This document shows positions 1 through 11,016 of a DNA stretch of 64,000 nt, piece by piece. Under the pieces are notes generated by a model that was not told the DNA's origin, made no database searches, and saw nothing but the letters and a program-made list of their open reading frames with translations. The translations under genes and the position numbers were made by a program. This stretch comes from a virus. The stretch's first letter is position 1; every line of letters starts with the position of its first letter. The stretch covers positions 24,494-88,493 of IMG/VR virus record IMGVR_UViG_3300048694_001042; one strand, written 5' to 3'.

Positions 1-46
1 TGGTTTCAAACTAGCTGCTTCCTAATTCAAACCTAGGTCAAGCATC

Positions 47-79
47 AACCCCGGACATAAAAACTCCGGGGTTTTTCTT
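47..79 (+). terminator. Rho-independent terminator
   Basis: AACCCCGGA/TCCGGGGTT stem followed by a T-run. Confidence 0.7.
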
Positions 80-99
80 TGGCCTTAAATACCCGCACG

Positions 100-516
100 A
101 TGAAAATACTATGCAAAACCCTGTTTGATTGCACACGCACTGGTGTAACCGGGCATTTTCGCCCAGCACAGGTGCCTTTTGTTGACCAAGCGGAACAAAC
201 AATCAACAACCAGGAAGATTGGAATCGTGCAAGAAATCAACAGCGCAATTGGGAAACAATCATGCAAATTGCCAGTCTCCGAGCACAGATTATGTCTACT
301 AGCAAAACACGCAAGGTTGATGACACCTGGGAATTTTCATTCGAAGTAGAAACAGTGGGTGTTTACAGCAGCAACGGGGACCCAGAAGACCTTGACGGGC
401 TGCTGGCCGAATGCGAGGGCATACCCATGGTCGTTGGACTAAATGAAACTGTGAGTGAATCCACGCTGATCCCCGGAAAGAACATTTGGTTCGATGCCAT
501 AAATATTGAACCATGA
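100..516 (+). CDS. hypothetical phage protein
   Basis: ORF; ATG at 100 lies just after TAAATA (86-91); ATGA overlap with next gene. Confidence 0.65.
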   Translation: MKILCKTLFDCTRTGVTGHFRPAQVPFVDQAEQTINNQEDWNRARNQQRNWETIMQIASLRAQIMSTSKTRKVDDTWEFSFEVETVGVYSSNGDPEDLDGLLAECEGIPMVVGLNETVSESTLIPGKNIWFDAINIEP

Positions 517-776
517 GCGACACCACAGAAATCGAAAAAAAGAGTCTAGAAGCACACGTTGAACTGTGTGCCGAAAGATACAAACTTCTTGAAACCAAAC
601 TAGGAACAGTTGAGCAAGGAGTTAGGCACGCTAATTCGTTAATTGAAGATTTAGCAGAAACTGTGAGCAAATCCAGTGAAAAAAGCAATGATAGATTGAT
701 CGCCTGGGGCGTGGGAATCATTGTCACATTGTCTGGCGCTTGCGGTTGGTTATTGACCAATTATCTCAATAAATGA
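513..776 (+). CDS. coiled-coil protein with C-terminal transmembrane helix
   Basis: heptad-like N-terminus, hydrophobic LIAWGVGIIVTLSGACGWLL. Confidence 0.65.
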   Translation: MSDTTEIEKKSLEAHVELCAERYKLLETKLGTVEQGVRHANSLIEDLAETVSKSSEKSNDRLIAWGVGIIVTLSGACGWLLTNYLNK

Positions 777-1249
777 TCAAAGAACAAAAACTAGAACAGT
801 GGGCCGAGCGCGAACTCATTCGTCATATTCACACTATGATTATTGACGACAACGACGGTGGTTATGTAGTTTTTGGAAAATACCATCTCACACCCGAAAC
901 CCATGGATTTGCTGTAAAAACTTGGGATCGACACATACACTGTTTTGGCAGCAAACGATCTGCAATCAGTTGGTGTGTGGCCGACAGATCCAACAACATC
1001 AATCTAGCCAATCAAATTTTAGTACTAGACCGCAAACAACAAATGCTGTCTGCAGACATACACTGTCGTCGAGGCCAGGCCAATCGCGGACGTACAGAAG
1101 ATTTTTACGAAATAGTAAATACCAAAGTGCAGCCCAAAATTGAGCAGCATCTTTCGGTGACTGCTGAATTAGAGAAATGTATAAATTCGGCTAAATATAT
1201 TCAAATTAGAGGATTCAATAATGAAATTGCAAGAACTAGCGGCCAATAA
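773..1249 (+). CDS. hypothetical protein
   Basis: 158 aa ORF coupled to upstream gene. Confidence 0.65.
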   Translation: MIKEQKLEQWAERELIRHIHTMIIDDNDGGYVVFGKYHLTPETHGFAVKTWDRHIHCFGSKRSAISWCVADRSNNINLANQILVLDRKQQMLSADIHCRRGQANRGRTEDFYEIVNTKVQPKIEQHLSVTAELEKCINSAKYIQIRGFNNEIARTSGQ

Positions 1250-2192
1250 GCCAAGCAAGCAAATAGCCCAAGTATTCGAAAGTTACTTTGGGTCAAACCT
1301 GCACTTTGACCAGTTAAACGCTGGACAAACAAAAACACTGTTGGGTCGCGTACAAAAAATTCTAGGTGAAACCAGACGCACACCTGGCTTTTATCAAAGT
1401 CAAAACAATCCCACATATCTCAAGCTAGTTATGTTGGAACAGGCACTGACCAGCCGCCTGCGCGAAGCTGGAGTTCCTCCTATCCCTGGTACCACTCCTG
1501 CTGCCGCACCTGGCACCACTGGCACAACCACAGCTACACAGACTCCACAGGATGCTGCCAAGCAAGCTGCCGCCACAGTGGCTGCTACCAAGGATCCTGC
1601 ACTACGTGCTGCATTACAGAAAGCTGCCAAAGGCCAAAGCTTGAATCCTCAAGAACAAAAAATGGTAGCTGGCGCTGCACTAATGAAACAAGAAAGCCGT
1701 TTGCGTAATGCTTATCGCATGCTCAAAGAATCTGAAGTGCAACAAGCCCAAGTGGTGTTGGCCGCTCAAGACATGGTAGACAAAATGCAAGGCATGTTGG
1801 AAGACGTAAGCGAATTGCAATTCAAAGAATTGCCAGCTCTAGTTGACTCAATCAAGAACCAAGTGGGTATTGATCAAGCTCAACAGTTCAATACTGATGT
1901 GTCGGCTGCACTAACTGGCTTGATGCAGAATCTACAAGCTACCAAGCAACAGCTTGACTCTGCACTGGGTGTGGTAACTGGTCAAGCTCCTGCTGTTCCT
2001 GGCGTACCCGGTGCAGGCGACCTTGGCGCCGAACTAGGTGCTGACTTGGGTGCTGCTGCAGGCGGCGCTCCTGGCGCCGAAGCAGGTGCCGAACTAGGTG
2101 CTGACTTAGACAATGACCTGGCTGCTGCCGCTGCTGCCGGCAACGAAGCTGAACCAGCACCTGCTGCTAGCTTAGGCCGCGCACGTAGATAA
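1221..2192 (+). CDS. putative head-associated/scaffold-like protein (Ala/Gly/Pro-rich, coiled-coil)
   Basis: 323 aa; MKLQE start, internal GAELGADL repeats, GAGGA SD. Confidence 0.6.
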   Translation: MKLQELAANKPSKQIAQVFESYFGSNLHFDQLNAGQTKTLLGRVQKILGETRRTPGFYQSQNNPTYLKLVMLEQALTSRLREAGVPPIPGTTPAAAPGTTGTTTATQTPQDAAKQAAATVAATKDPALRAALQKAAKGQSLNPQEQKMVAGAALMKQESRLRNAYRMLKESEVQQAQVVLAAQDMVDKMQGMLEDVSELQFKELPALVDSIKNQVGIDQAQQFNTDVSAALTGLMQNLQATKQQLDSALGVVTGQAPAVPGVPGAGDLGAELGADLGAAAGGAPGAEAGAELGADLDNDLAAAAAAGNEAEPAPAASLGRARR

Positions 2193-2542
2193 TGAGAATC
2201 AACGAAGTTGCTGCTGACCAACCTGGAGCAGACCCAAATCAATTAGTGGGTCTGGTCCAATTTCTCAGTGGCCGCGCAACAGACACTGATGCTCAAAAAC
2301 AAATTAGCCAAGATGCATTTATTAAATTGGCACAAAGCTTGGGTGTCAATATCACACATCAAAACCTCGGCGACATAATTAGCCAACCTCCATTAAATGG
2401 CGTGCTAGAACCCTTGGATCCAAATTCCAATATGATCTCATTCAAAGGCGCCGACATAGGCCCTGCCAAAATGAGTGTGCCACAAGCTCAACAAGTTGTC
2501 AACAAAATGGCCAAAAGCGCAATGAAACGCGGTTTGAAGTAA
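2192..2542 (+). CDS. hypothetical protein
   Basis: 116 aa; TAATG overlap; MRINE start. Confidence 0.65.
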   Translation: MRINEVAADQPGADPNQLVGLVQFLSGRATDTDAQKQISQDAFIKLAQSLGVNITHQNLGDIISQPPLNGVLEPLDPNSNMISFKGADIGPAKMSVPQAQQVVNKMAKSAMKRGLK

Positions 2543-2597
2543 ACGTTTTGTTGACAACAGGCGTTGTATTAGTATACAATGCTACAAGGAGATTCCA

Positions 2598-2897
2598 ATG
2601 AAAAAAGCTCTTGCAATTTTAATGCTGATTGCCGGCACGTCGGCTTTGGCACACGGTCCGGTTTATCGTCCACATCCTCATTACAGCCATGGCTATGGCT
2701 GGGTAGTTCCGACAATCATTGGCGGCGTGGTGGGTTATGAAATTGCTCGACAGCAACAACCTGTGGTGGTACAACAGCAACCAGTGATTGTTCAGAATCC
2801 CCCGATAGTGTATCAGCCACAGTCAAATTGTGGACCTTGGATTGAAACACTAAACTCAGACGGAACTATCACTCGCTCACGAACTTGTATGCAATGA
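2598..2897 (+). CDS. secreted/membrane hypothetical protein
   Basis: signal peptide MKKALAILMLIAGTSALA; AAGGAG SD; TTGACA at 2551. Confidence 0.65.
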   Translation: MKKALAILMLIAGTSALAHGPVYRPHPHYSHGYGWVVPTIIGGVVGYEIARQQQPVVVQQQPVIVQNPPIVYQPQSNCGPWIETLNSDGTITRSRTCMQ

Positions 2898-2955
2898 AAT
2901 ACTGGAAAATACAGCTACACTATCATCCTGGGCTAGACATCGATTATAATATAGC

Positions 2956-3543
2956 ATGAAAATAAATCAAGCAACTGCGGCCGAATTGGCCAACTACTCA
3001 CAGCATCTAAAATCGCTGCCGCCACATGACAAATACACACGTTTTGGTTTCTCTGTCAGCAACGAAACCATTGATCAGTTGATATTGAATGTGCTGTATC
3101 ATCCCGAAGATCATTACATATTTGTAGCACAATACAATGACACTGTTGTGGGTTTTGGGCACCTGGCACGGGAAGGCGCAGACTGGGAATTGGCTGTCAG
3201 CGTCAACGAAGATTTGCAAGGCCAAGGCATCGGCAACGCACTAATGAGTCACATGATCGGCTGGAGTAAAACACACGGTATTCATTCTGTGTTCATGCAC
3301 TGCATCAGCGAAAATCAAAAAATACAGCACCTTGCTCGCAAGCATGGCTTGCGAACTGTAGAACGCTCGGGACCGGAAATAACTGCAAAAGTTGAATTGC
3401 CGGATCCAACAATGATAGATTATGTTAAAACTTATTTGGAAGAACAACAAAATCTAATCAAACAAATTACCGATTTACAAAAAAAGCTATTGGCTACATT
3501 TTCGCCTGTGGCTGTATTCAACCCACAAGACAAAGTAGAATAA
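2956..3543 (+). CDS. GNAT-family acetyltransferase
   Basis: acetyl-CoA motif V-x3-L-Q-G-Q-G-I-G-x2-L-M. Confidence 0.8.
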   Translation: MKINQATAAELANYSQHLKSLPPHDKYTRFGFSVSNETIDQLILNVLYHPEDHYIFVAQYNDTVVGFGHLAREGADWELAVSVNEDLQGQGIGNALMSHMIGWSKTHGIHSVFMHCISENQKIQHLARKHGLRTVERSGPEITAKVELPDPTMIDYVKTYLEEQQNLIKQITDLQKKLLATFSPVAVFNPQDKVE

Positions 3544-3544
3544 A

Positions 3545-4054
3545 TTGAAAGAAAAATTCAAACACGCATACATGGACACAGCACGTAGATTTGCTGAACT
3601 CAGTCCAGCAATTAGACGCAAGGTAGGAGCCATTGTTGTAAAAGACGATAGAATTATTTCAATCGGTTACAACGGCATGCCTGTGGGCTGGGACAATGAG
3701 TGTGAATATAAAGAATATCTAAATGCTGCTAAGGCAGGGTTCATGAACGACGCAGAAATCCAAGATAAATTTCCCTTTGAAGAATACGTAGAGGAATATC
3801 AAGCCATGCGTAGATACCGTCTAGTGACCAAAGACGAAGTACTCCACGCAGAGTCCAATGCAGTTTCAAAGTTGGCAAAAAGCAACGAGTCGGGGTTGGG
3901 TGCAGATTTGTTTGTGACCACAGCACCTTGCATTCATTGTGCCAAACTCATACACCAGACTGGTATTCGCCGAGTGTGGTACAGCGACAATTACAGAGAT
4001 TCGGCAGGCATTGATTTCTTGGTCAAGTCCGGCGTAACTGTAGAAAAAATTTAA
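3545..4054 (+). CDS. dCMP deaminase
   Basis: VGAIVVKD..IGYNG, HAE and PCxxC zinc motifs. Confidence 0.9.
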   Translation: MKEKFKHAYMDTARRFAELSPAIRRKVGAIVVKDDRIISIGYNGMPVGWDNECEYKEYLNAAKAGFMNDAEIQDKFPFEEYVEEYQAMRRYRLVTKDEVLHAESNAVSKLAKSNESGLGADLFVTTAPCIHCAKLIHQTGIRRVWYSDNYRDSAGIDFLVKSGVTVEKI

Positions 4055-4770
4055 TGTATAATCCAAAATTCAATTACCAACCTGTGCCCAGAGTAACCAT
4101 CGAGGGCAAACGTTTTTACGCCACTCCTGATGGAAACAAATTACCTAGTGTAACCACAATTCTAGACAAAACCAAAAGTGAAGAAAGCAAAGCAGCACTG
4201 AACCAATGGCGAGCAAGAGTAGGCACCGAGCGAGCACAGCAAATTACCACAGAAGCAGCCAATCGAGGCACAAGGATGCACACGTACTTGGAAAAGTACA
4301 TCAAAGAAGGCGCCATCCCTCCACGTGGAAGCAATCCTTTCTCATGGCCCAGTCATATTATGGCTGAAGAAGTTGTTAAAAAAGGCTTGGTCAATGTAAG
4401 CGAGTTTTGGGGTATTGAAGTCCCACTGTATTTCCCCCGAGTATATGCAGGTACTACAGACGGTGCGGGCATACACTTGAACGAAGAATCCATTTTAGAT
4501 TACAAGCAAACAAATAAGCCTAAAAAGCGTGAGTGGATTGAAGATTACTTCATGCAACTTGCTGCCTATGCAGAAGCACACAATGAATTGCATGGCACAC
4601 GAATCAAAAAAGGCGTAGTTTTGATGTGCGTCAAGCCCGATTTAGACGCCAATCACAATATCATTGGTCAGCCGCAATACCAGGAATTTGTGCTAGAAGG
4701 CACAGAATTTGAGAAGTATCGCGGACTGTGGTGGAAAAAGGTTGAACAGTATTATCTGCTAAATATGTGA
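4054..4770 (+). CDS. PD-(D/E)XK exonuclease
   Basis: LPSVTTIL, RGTRMH, YAGTTD, ILDYKQ, QLAAYA motifs. Confidence 0.8.
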   Translation: MYNPKFNYQPVPRVTIEGKRFYATPDGNKLPSVTTILDKTKSEESKAALNQWRARVGTERAQQITTEAANRGTRMHTYLEKYIKEGAIPPRGSNPFSWPSHIMAEEVVKKGLVNVSEFWGIEVPLYFPRVYAGTTDGAGIHLNEESILDYKQTNKPKKREWIEDYFMQLAAYAEAHNELHGTRIKKGVVLMCVKPDLDANHNIIGQPQYQEFVLEGTEFEKYRGLWWKKVEQYYLLNM

Positions 4771-4788
4771 TACCTCGAGGATATCACA

Positions 4789-6684
4789 GTGGCAATTTTA
4801 CAAATTTCAAGAATAACCAATCGCAAAGGATTAGCCGAAGACCTCCCACAACCATTGGCTGGTGCAGAGCTGGGTTGGGCAACGGACAGTCGTAGATTAT
4901 TCATTGGCAACGGAACTGTTGCCGAAGGCGCCCCTGTAGTGGGCAACACAGAAATTCTTACTGAATTTTCTGATTTGCTTTCCTTTGCTAACCAATACAC
5001 TTACAACGGTGTCAGCGCCACTGGATACACAGTACAAACAGGTCCTACTGTAGCTACCCCGGTTTCGCAAAGCATACAAGATAGATTAGATAGCATCGTA
5101 ATCGCTACAGATTTTGGAATCGTTGGCGATGGTGTTACTGATTGTACCGCAGCGATCAACCGTGCAATGTACCAATTGTATTGTGTCAATAATAATCCAG
5201 CAATTCGACGGGGATTGTTTTTTCCAGCCGGTGCATACCTCATTACAGGAACCTTGTACATTCCTACCTATGCCACACTGATCGGCGAAGGAAATGAAGG
5301 CACAACTATTTCATTAGTTACACAGACTTGGTTAGGAACAGTTGCCTGGCAGGCTGATACTATTGTGGTTCGCGAAGGCGTTTACTATCTTTCTTCGCAA
5401 GCTGTGCCCCCAAATACCAGTATTGGTGATACAACCTATTGGACTGAAGTACCAGCACCTGAACAGGTTTGGCAAACAGTAGACAGTCAATTCAATACAG
5501 GTACCAGCATTGGCCTAGGATCAGCAGTTGCTCCAACTGGTATCACTATTACAGGAATACAATTTACCACAGACAATCCTGGAATGCAAGGTGCATTGTT
5601 GGAAGATGCAAGTCATGTGGTATTAGACAGTGTAAGCATTTTAGGACCTCTCACTGAGCAAAATATCACTGACATTGTTATAGACAGTATTGTAGTTGCA
5701 GCGGACATCAATGCCGGCTACGAATACACAATTGTCACACTAGGCGACACAGATTTTACAGAGATTGGTGCTTCACAAAACGTAATAGGTACAAGATTCA
5801 CAGCCACAGGACCTGGAACAGGAACAGGTACTGCTGAAATCATGTATCCAACCACCACAGCTATTGCCTGGGCCAGTACGCCTGCATTGGTTTGCAGCAA
5901 TGTAAACATCACAAATTGCAAGTTCGGTGGTTTCTGGACCGGAACAAAAACAGATCAGCAAATCAAAGGCATAGTGATCGGCCAATCAAAATTTGACACA
6001 CTGTATCAAGGCATATATCTTGGCGGAGATGCACCAACTGATGGTGGCGCCAGCGGTGTGCGTATGGTTCAAAATACATTTGACAACATTTATTTGCAAG
6101 GCATCTCACTTGAAAATGTTGAAATGAACGTGTCAGCATACAACACATTTTATGATGTAGGCAACGAATTCAACGGCGTTGATTATCCACAAAGTTCAAT
6201 CATTGACTTTGATGCTGACAACAACGTCAGCATTGGAGACATGTTCCAAAGAACTGCTGATGTTGCAGAAACTTCTGGATTGGCTAGAATCAATCTGCAT
6301 CGCCGTGCGAACATTGCCATGGACGGCGCTTATGCTCTGGATCTAGGAACATATCACCGCCAGTCTGGACTTGAAGCAACTCTAGCAGATGGATCCGACG
6401 CTGCGGCATTGTTTACAGTTGATTCCGCTGTCACTCGAGCATTTGCTGTTGACTATACCATCGTCCGAGACACTGCTGTGGAAACAGGAAAATACACAGT
6501 GGTAGCAGGCACCGACGGAGAGGGCACTGGACTAAACTCAACATACACTGCCCAACTTCAGAACAGTGTCACAAATGTATTCTTTTCTGTTTCTGAATCC
6601 GGTGGTGTGGTATCTCTGCTATATACAGTTGTTCCCAGCGGAACAGACGCCTTACTTTCATACTCTGTAACAAAACTAGCTTGA
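4789..6684 (+). CDS. tail fibre/virion protein with Mtd-like N-terminus and beta-helix domain
   Basis: ELGWATDSRRLFIGNG N-terminal motif; DFGIVGDGVTDCTAAINRA pectate-lyase-like entry motif. Confidence 0.7.
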   Translation: MAILQISRITNRKGLAEDLPQPLAGAELGWATDSRRLFIGNGTVAEGAPVVGNTEILTEFSDLLSFANQYTYNGVSATGYTVQTGPTVATPVSQSIQDRLDSIVIATDFGIVGDGVTDCTAAINRAMYQLYCVNNNPAIRRGLFFPAGAYLITGTLYIPTYATLIGEGNEGTTISLVTQTWLGTVAWQADTIVVREGVYYLSSQAVPPNTSIGDTTYWTEVPAPEQVWQTVDSQFNTGTSIGLGSAVAPTGITITGIQFTTDNPGMQGALLEDASHVVLDSVSILGPLTEQNITDIVIDSIVVAADINAGYEYTIVTLGDTDFTEIGASQNVIGTRFTATGPGTGTGTAEIMYPTTTAIAWASTPALVCSNVNITNCKFGGFWTGTKTDQQIKGIVIGQSKFDTLYQGIYLGGDAPTDGGASGVRMVQNTFDNIYLQGISLENVEMNVSAYNTFYDVGNEFNGVDYPQSSIIDFDADNNVSIGDMFQRTADVAETSGLARINLHRRANIAMDGAYALDLGTYHRQSGLEATLADGSDAAALFTVDSAVTRAFAVDYTIVRDTAVETGKYTVVAGTDGEGTGLNSTYTAQLQNSVTNVFFSVSESGGVVSLLYTVVPSGTDALLSYSVTKLA

Positions 6685-6690
6685 CATTCG

Positions 6691-7116
6691 ATGTGGCATC
6701 GACAATTTTCTGATCGACTGAGTTCGTGGACCGAACTCAGAACAACTTGCGCTCAATTGCCTGTGGATCAAGCACTGGCAAATATCAATCGATGGTGGTT
6801 TGACGCCCCGTGGATTCCTTATCATTTGCACTGGGATGATCAGTTAACTTGGCCCGATCCATGGCAATTGCTAGACGATAATTTATTCTGTCCGCTTGCA
6901 CGAGGACTGGGAATCCTGTATACTATAGCTATACTTGATCGCAGTGACATGCAAAATGCTGTTTTAATCGAGGTTGGAAGTGACAATTTAGTCCAGATTG
7001 CTGGGGGGAAATATATATTGAATTGGGACCCAGATGACATCGTAAATATCAACCTAGACCGATTAAAAATTCGTCACAGCGTCAGTCAAGAGCAAATAAA
7101 AAAACAAATTAAGTAG
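6691..7116 (+). CDS. hypothetical protein
   Basis: 141 aa ORF between tail gene and nrdA. Confidence 0.65.
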   Translation: MWHRQFSDRLSSWTELRTTCAQLPVDQALANINRWWFDAPWIPYHLHWDDQLTWPDPWQLLDDNLFCPLARGLGILYTIAILDRSDMQNAVLIEVGSDNLVQIAGGKYILNWDPDDIVNINLDRLKIRHSVSQEQIKKQIK

Positions 7117-7121
7117 GTAAA

Positions 7122-9443
7122 ATGAAAAATATAACAGTTGTTAAGCGCAGCGGTAGCCGCGAGCCGTTGGCATTGGAAAAATGGCAAGCTCAAATTGCCA
7201 AAATATGTTCGGGTATAGCAGATGTTAGCCAGAGCATGATAGAGATCAGAACACAGTTACATTTTTATGATGGTATAACAACACAAGAAATTGATGGTAT
7301 TACATTACGTGCTATTGTGGATTTGATTGATATTGAATCCAACCCTGATGTTGGACACACCAACTATCAGTACGTGGCAGGAAAACAGCGACTGAGCATG
7401 TTGCGTAAAGATGTATACGGAACATATGATCCTCCACACTTGTTGGATATTGTCAAGCGAAATGTTGCAGTAGGTTTGTACACTCCTGAATTGCTGGAAT
7501 GGTACTCAGAAGATGATTGGAATCGAATGAATGAAATCATTGATCATTCAAAAGATGAGCAGTACAGTTATGCCGCAGTGGAGCAGATGATCGAAAAATA
7601 TTTGGTCAGAAATAGAGCAACGAAAGAAATTTATGAAACACCTCAAGTTAGATACATGGTTGCTGCTGCGACTGTATTCCACAAAGAAGAGCCTAACTCA
7701 GCTCGTTTACGCTATATCAAAGAATATTATGGCGCGGCTTCGGACGGCCTTTTCACACTGGCTACTCCAGTCCTCGCTGGTCTTGGTACTCCTACTAAGC
7801 AGTTTAGCAGTTGCGTTCTTATCAGGTCAGACGACGATCTGGACTCAATCTTTGCCTCTGGCGAGATGATGGCCAAGTATGCCAGCAAGCGAGCTGGCAT
7901 TGGCTTGGAAATTGGACGCTTGCGTCCGCTAGGATCGCCCATACGTGGTGGAGAGATCATGCACACCGGCATGATTCCTTTCTTGAAAAAATGGTTCGGT
8001 GATTTACGTTCATGTTCACAAGGTGGTATCCGTAATGCAAGTGCGACTGTGTTTTATCCCATCTGGCATCATCAGTTCGATGATCTCATTGTGCTCAAGA
8101 ACAACCAAGGTACCGAGGAGACACGGGTACGGCATATGGACTATGGGGTGGTACTGTCGGCTTTCTTTTGGCGTCGATTCAAGAACAAAGAAAATATCAC
8201 TTTCTTTGATCCCAACGAGGTGCCGGATCTATACGAGGCATTTTATCGGAACACTAAGTTATTTGAAGATCTATATGTCAAATATGAAGCTAGATCTGAC
8301 CTCCGGAAAAAGACTATGTCTGCTGAAGAAGTCTTTGCCTCAGGCATACTTAAGGAACGAACAGACACTGGTCGCATTTATCTAGTGTTCATTGACAATG
8401 TGATGAATCAAGGTCCATTTGACCCTGAGTATCACACCATTTACCAGAGTAACCTTTGCTGTGAAATTCTCCTCCCTACAAAGCCGTTTAAGCGTCTGGA
8501 TGACGCTGATGGGCGCATCGCGCTCTGTACGCTTGGAAGTATTAACTGGGGCGCCTTCCGGAATCCTGAAGACATGCGCCGTGCTTGCAGAATTCTGCAG
8601 AGATCCTTGTGTAATATCCTTGACTACCAAGACTTCCTTTCTATCCAAAGTCAACTATCGAACGATGAGATTCAGCCGCTGGGTATCGGTATTACTAACC
8701 TTGCTTACTGGCATGCCAAACGGGGTTTCCAATATGGCGACCGGGATGCTTTGGCCGAGGTTAAATCGTGGATGGAGCACCAGGCTTTCTACCTTACCGA
8801 AGCAACAGTTGAACTTGCGAAAGAGCGTGGCCGCTGCAAAGATTCGGACCGCACCTGGTACGGTAAGGGTGTGTTTCCTTGGGAGCGACGAGCCGCCGGG
8901 GTCAACGAACTCACGGACTTTTCACCTGAGTTAAACTGGGAAGGCTTGCGCGGACTGATGCGAGCATGGGGTGTGCGTAATGCCACACTGATGGCCATTG
9001 CTCCTGTAGAGTCAAGCAGTGTTGTGATCAACTCAACCAACGGCATTGAAATGCCCATGAGCTTGATCACTGTAAAAGAAAGCAAAGCTGGTTCACTCAC
9101 ACAAGTGGTTCCAGAATATCAAAAGCTGAAGAACCGTTATCAACTGATGTGGGCACAAAAAGATTGCGACGGTTATTTGAAGACAGCGGCTGTATTGGCA
9201 GCGTATGTTGACCAATCAATCAGCACAAACACCTTCTACAATCCGGCCCACTTTCCCGACCGCAAGGTTCCCACAACATTGATTGCTCGAAACTTAATGC
9301 TGGCTCATCACTGGGGATTGAAAACATTCTACTACAGTTTGATCAACAAGCAAGGTAGCAAACAAAAAGACGAAGATGTAGTTGCACCGTTAGAAGTGAT
9401 TGACTACGACATGGAAGAAGATTGTGAATCTTGTAAGCTATGA
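7122..9443 (+). CDS. nrdA: ribonucleoside-diphosphate reductase class Ia alpha subunit
   Basis: N-terminal ATP cone, QFSSC, SNLCCEI catalytic motif, LKTFYY, C-terminal CxxC. Confidence 0.97.
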   Translation: MKNITVVKRSGSREPLALEKWQAQIAKICSGIADVSQSMIEIRTQLHFYDGITTQEIDGITLRAIVDLIDIESNPDVGHTNYQYVAGKQRLSMLRKDVYGTYDPPHLLDIVKRNVAVGLYTPELLEWYSEDDWNRMNEIIDHSKDEQYSYAAVEQMIEKYLVRNRATKEIYETPQVRYMVAAATVFHKEEPNSARLRYIKEYYGAASDGLFTLATPVLAGLGTPTKQFSSCVLIRSDDDLDSIFASGEMMAKYASKRAGIGLEIGRLRPLGSPIRGGEIMHTGMIPFLKKWFGDLRSCSQGGIRNASATVFYPIWHHQFDDLIVLKNNQGTEETRVRHMDYGVVLSAFFWRRFKNKENITFFDPNEVPDLYEAFYRNTKLFEDLYVKYEARSDLRKKTMSAEEVFASGILKERTDTGRIYLVFIDNVMNQGPFDPEYHTIYQSNLCCEILLPTKPFKRLDDADGRIALCTLGSINWGAFRNPEDMRRACRILQRSLCNILDYQDFLSIQSQLSNDEIQPLGIGITNLAYWHAKRGFQYGDRDALAEVKSWMEHQAFYLTEATVELAKERGRCKDSDRTWYGKGVFPWERRAAGVNELTDFSPELNWEGLRGLMRAWGVRNATLMAIAPVESSSVVINSTNGIEMPMSLITVKESKAGSLTQVVPEYQKLKNRYQLMWAQKDCDGYLKTAAVLAAYVDQSISTNTFYNPAHFPDRKVPTTLIARNLMLAHHWGLKTFYYSLINKQGSKQKDEDVVAPLEVIDYDMEEDCESCKL

Positions 9444-9616
9444 TAGCTAACGCACAAGATCTGCCAGAAAAGAAAGCCAGCGTAGAGGTATCGGGCATCA
9501 AAGTTGTTGTTGACAAAAACGATAACTGGGAAACTGTAGGAATGATACTCGTACTTGTATTAGGAGTATACGCAGGAATCAAAGTTATAAACAAAATTTT
9601 TAAGGAAACTAAATGA
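9440..9616 (+). CDS. small membrane protein (58 aa, below ORF-track cutoff)
   Basis: MIANAQDL...[25 protein letters not shown]; ATGA overlaps at both ends. Confidence 0.6.
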   Translation: MIANAQDLPEKKASVEVSGIKVVVDKNDNWETVGMILVLVLGVYAGIKVINKIFKETK

Positions 9617-10821
9617 AAAAGCGTAATTACACACAGGAACAAGTTCGTAAGTTACAAGGTAGCGTACAAATTGAACACACACTGGCCAAACGTGGAGCAT
9701 ACAAACTTCGCGAGCTATTGGCCAATGAACCATACATCAACACCTTGGGTGCATACAATGGTCAAATGGCAGTACAACATGCCAAAGCTGGACTCAAAGC
9801 AATTTACTTGAGCGGTTGGCAAGTGGCAGGTGCAAACAATACCTCAAACCAAACCTATCCCGACCAGTCATTGTATCCAGTTGACTCAGTACCTCGTGTG
9901 GTCAAAGGTATTAACAATGCTTTCCGTCGTGCTGATCAAATTGAAACACTGGAAGGCAATGTCACAACAGATTACTTCCTGCCTATTGTTGCAGATGCCG
10001 AAGCAGGCTTTGGTGGTGCGCTAAACGCTTACGAACTGATGGCAGCAATGATCGAAGCTGGCGCTGCTGGTGTACACTTTGAAGATCAATTGGCGTCGGA
10101 AAAGAAATGCGGCCACTTGGGCGGCAAAGTTCTTGTACCCACAAGTCAAATGATTCGCACACTGAATGCCGCACGACTGGCCGCGGACGTTGCAGGAGTT
10201 GACACAGTTATCATGGCCCGAACCGATGCAGAAAGTGCAACACTGATTACCAGCGACCACGACCCACTAGACAAGGATTTTATTATCAATGAGCGCACTG
10301 AAGAAGGCTTTTATAAATTTAAGAATGGTATTGATGCTTGTATTAGCAGAGGTCTTGCTTATGCCCCTTACGCTGATCTCCTTTGGTTTGAAACTTCGAC
10401 TCCTGATATTGCACAAGCTAAGAAGTTTGCTGATGCCATCCACGCTGAGTTTCCTGACCAAATGCTTGCTTACAATTGCAGTCCTAGTTTTAATTGGCGT
10501 AAGTTTTTGAGCGAAGACGAGTGCGAAACGTTCCAGCGTGAACTAGGCGAACTGGGCTACAAGTTCCAGTTCATTACACTTGCCGGCTTCCACTCAGTTA
10601 ACCTTGCTACCTTTGAATTGGCCGAAGCGTACCGTCAACGTGGTATGGCTGGCTATTCAGAAATGCAACAACGTGAGTTTGCCGCTCAAGAGCGTGGATT
10701 TACCACTGTCAAGCATCAACGTGAAGTTGGCGTTGGTTACTTTGATGCTATCAGCGAAGCAGTGGGTGCCACAAGCACTGTGGCCAACCGAACAAGTACA
10801 GAATCGGATCAGTTTCATTGA
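9613..10821 (+). CDS. aceA: isocitrate lyase
   Basis: [25 protein letters not shown], catalytic [15 protein letters not shown]. Confidence 0.95.
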   Translation: MKKRNYTQEQVRKLQGSVQIEHTLAKRGAYKLRELLANEPYINTLGAYNGQMAVQHAKAGLKAIYLSGWQVAGANNTSNQTYPDQSLYPVDSVPRVVKGINNAFRRADQIETLEGNVTTDYFLPIVADAEAGFGGALNAYELMAAMIEAGAAGVHFEDQLASEKKCGHLGGKVLVPTSQMIRTLNAARLAADVAGVDTVIMARTDAESATLITSDHDPLDKDFIINERTEEGFYKFKNGIDACISRGLAYAPYADLLWFETSTPDIAQAKKFADAIHAEFPDQMLAYNCSPSFNWRKFLSEDECETFQRELGELGYKFQFITLAGFHSVNLATFELAEAYRQRGMAGYSEMQQREFAAQERGFTTVKHQREVGVGYFDAISEAVGATSTVANRTSTESDQFH

Positions 10822-11015
10822 ACTCACTGGAACGTATCTGGGCCAGAGCAACTGGGCATTTGATGGGCGAGACCGATGAGGATCGCCCTGATGTGCCTAT
10901 ACTCACGCTGAAAGAAGCTCGAATAGCATTGTTTTTCAAAACGTTTTGGGTTATAATACATGTGATAACTTGCTGTTTTATTATTGCCGGCGTTATTAGA
11001 CATTGGAACAATTGA
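10818..11015 (+). CDS. small membrane protein
   Basis: C-terminal hydrophobic helix; overlap with aceA stop. Confidence 0.6.
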   Translation: MNSLERIWARATGHLMGETDEDRPDVPILTLKEARIALFFKTFWVIIHVITCCFIIAGVIRHWNN

Positions 11016-11016
11016 T

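Noticed and set aside
4789-6684. Diversity-generating retroelement suggested by the Mtd-like N-terminus or the variable arrays
   Set aside because: No reverse transcriptase and no template/variable repeat pair differing only at adenines was seen.
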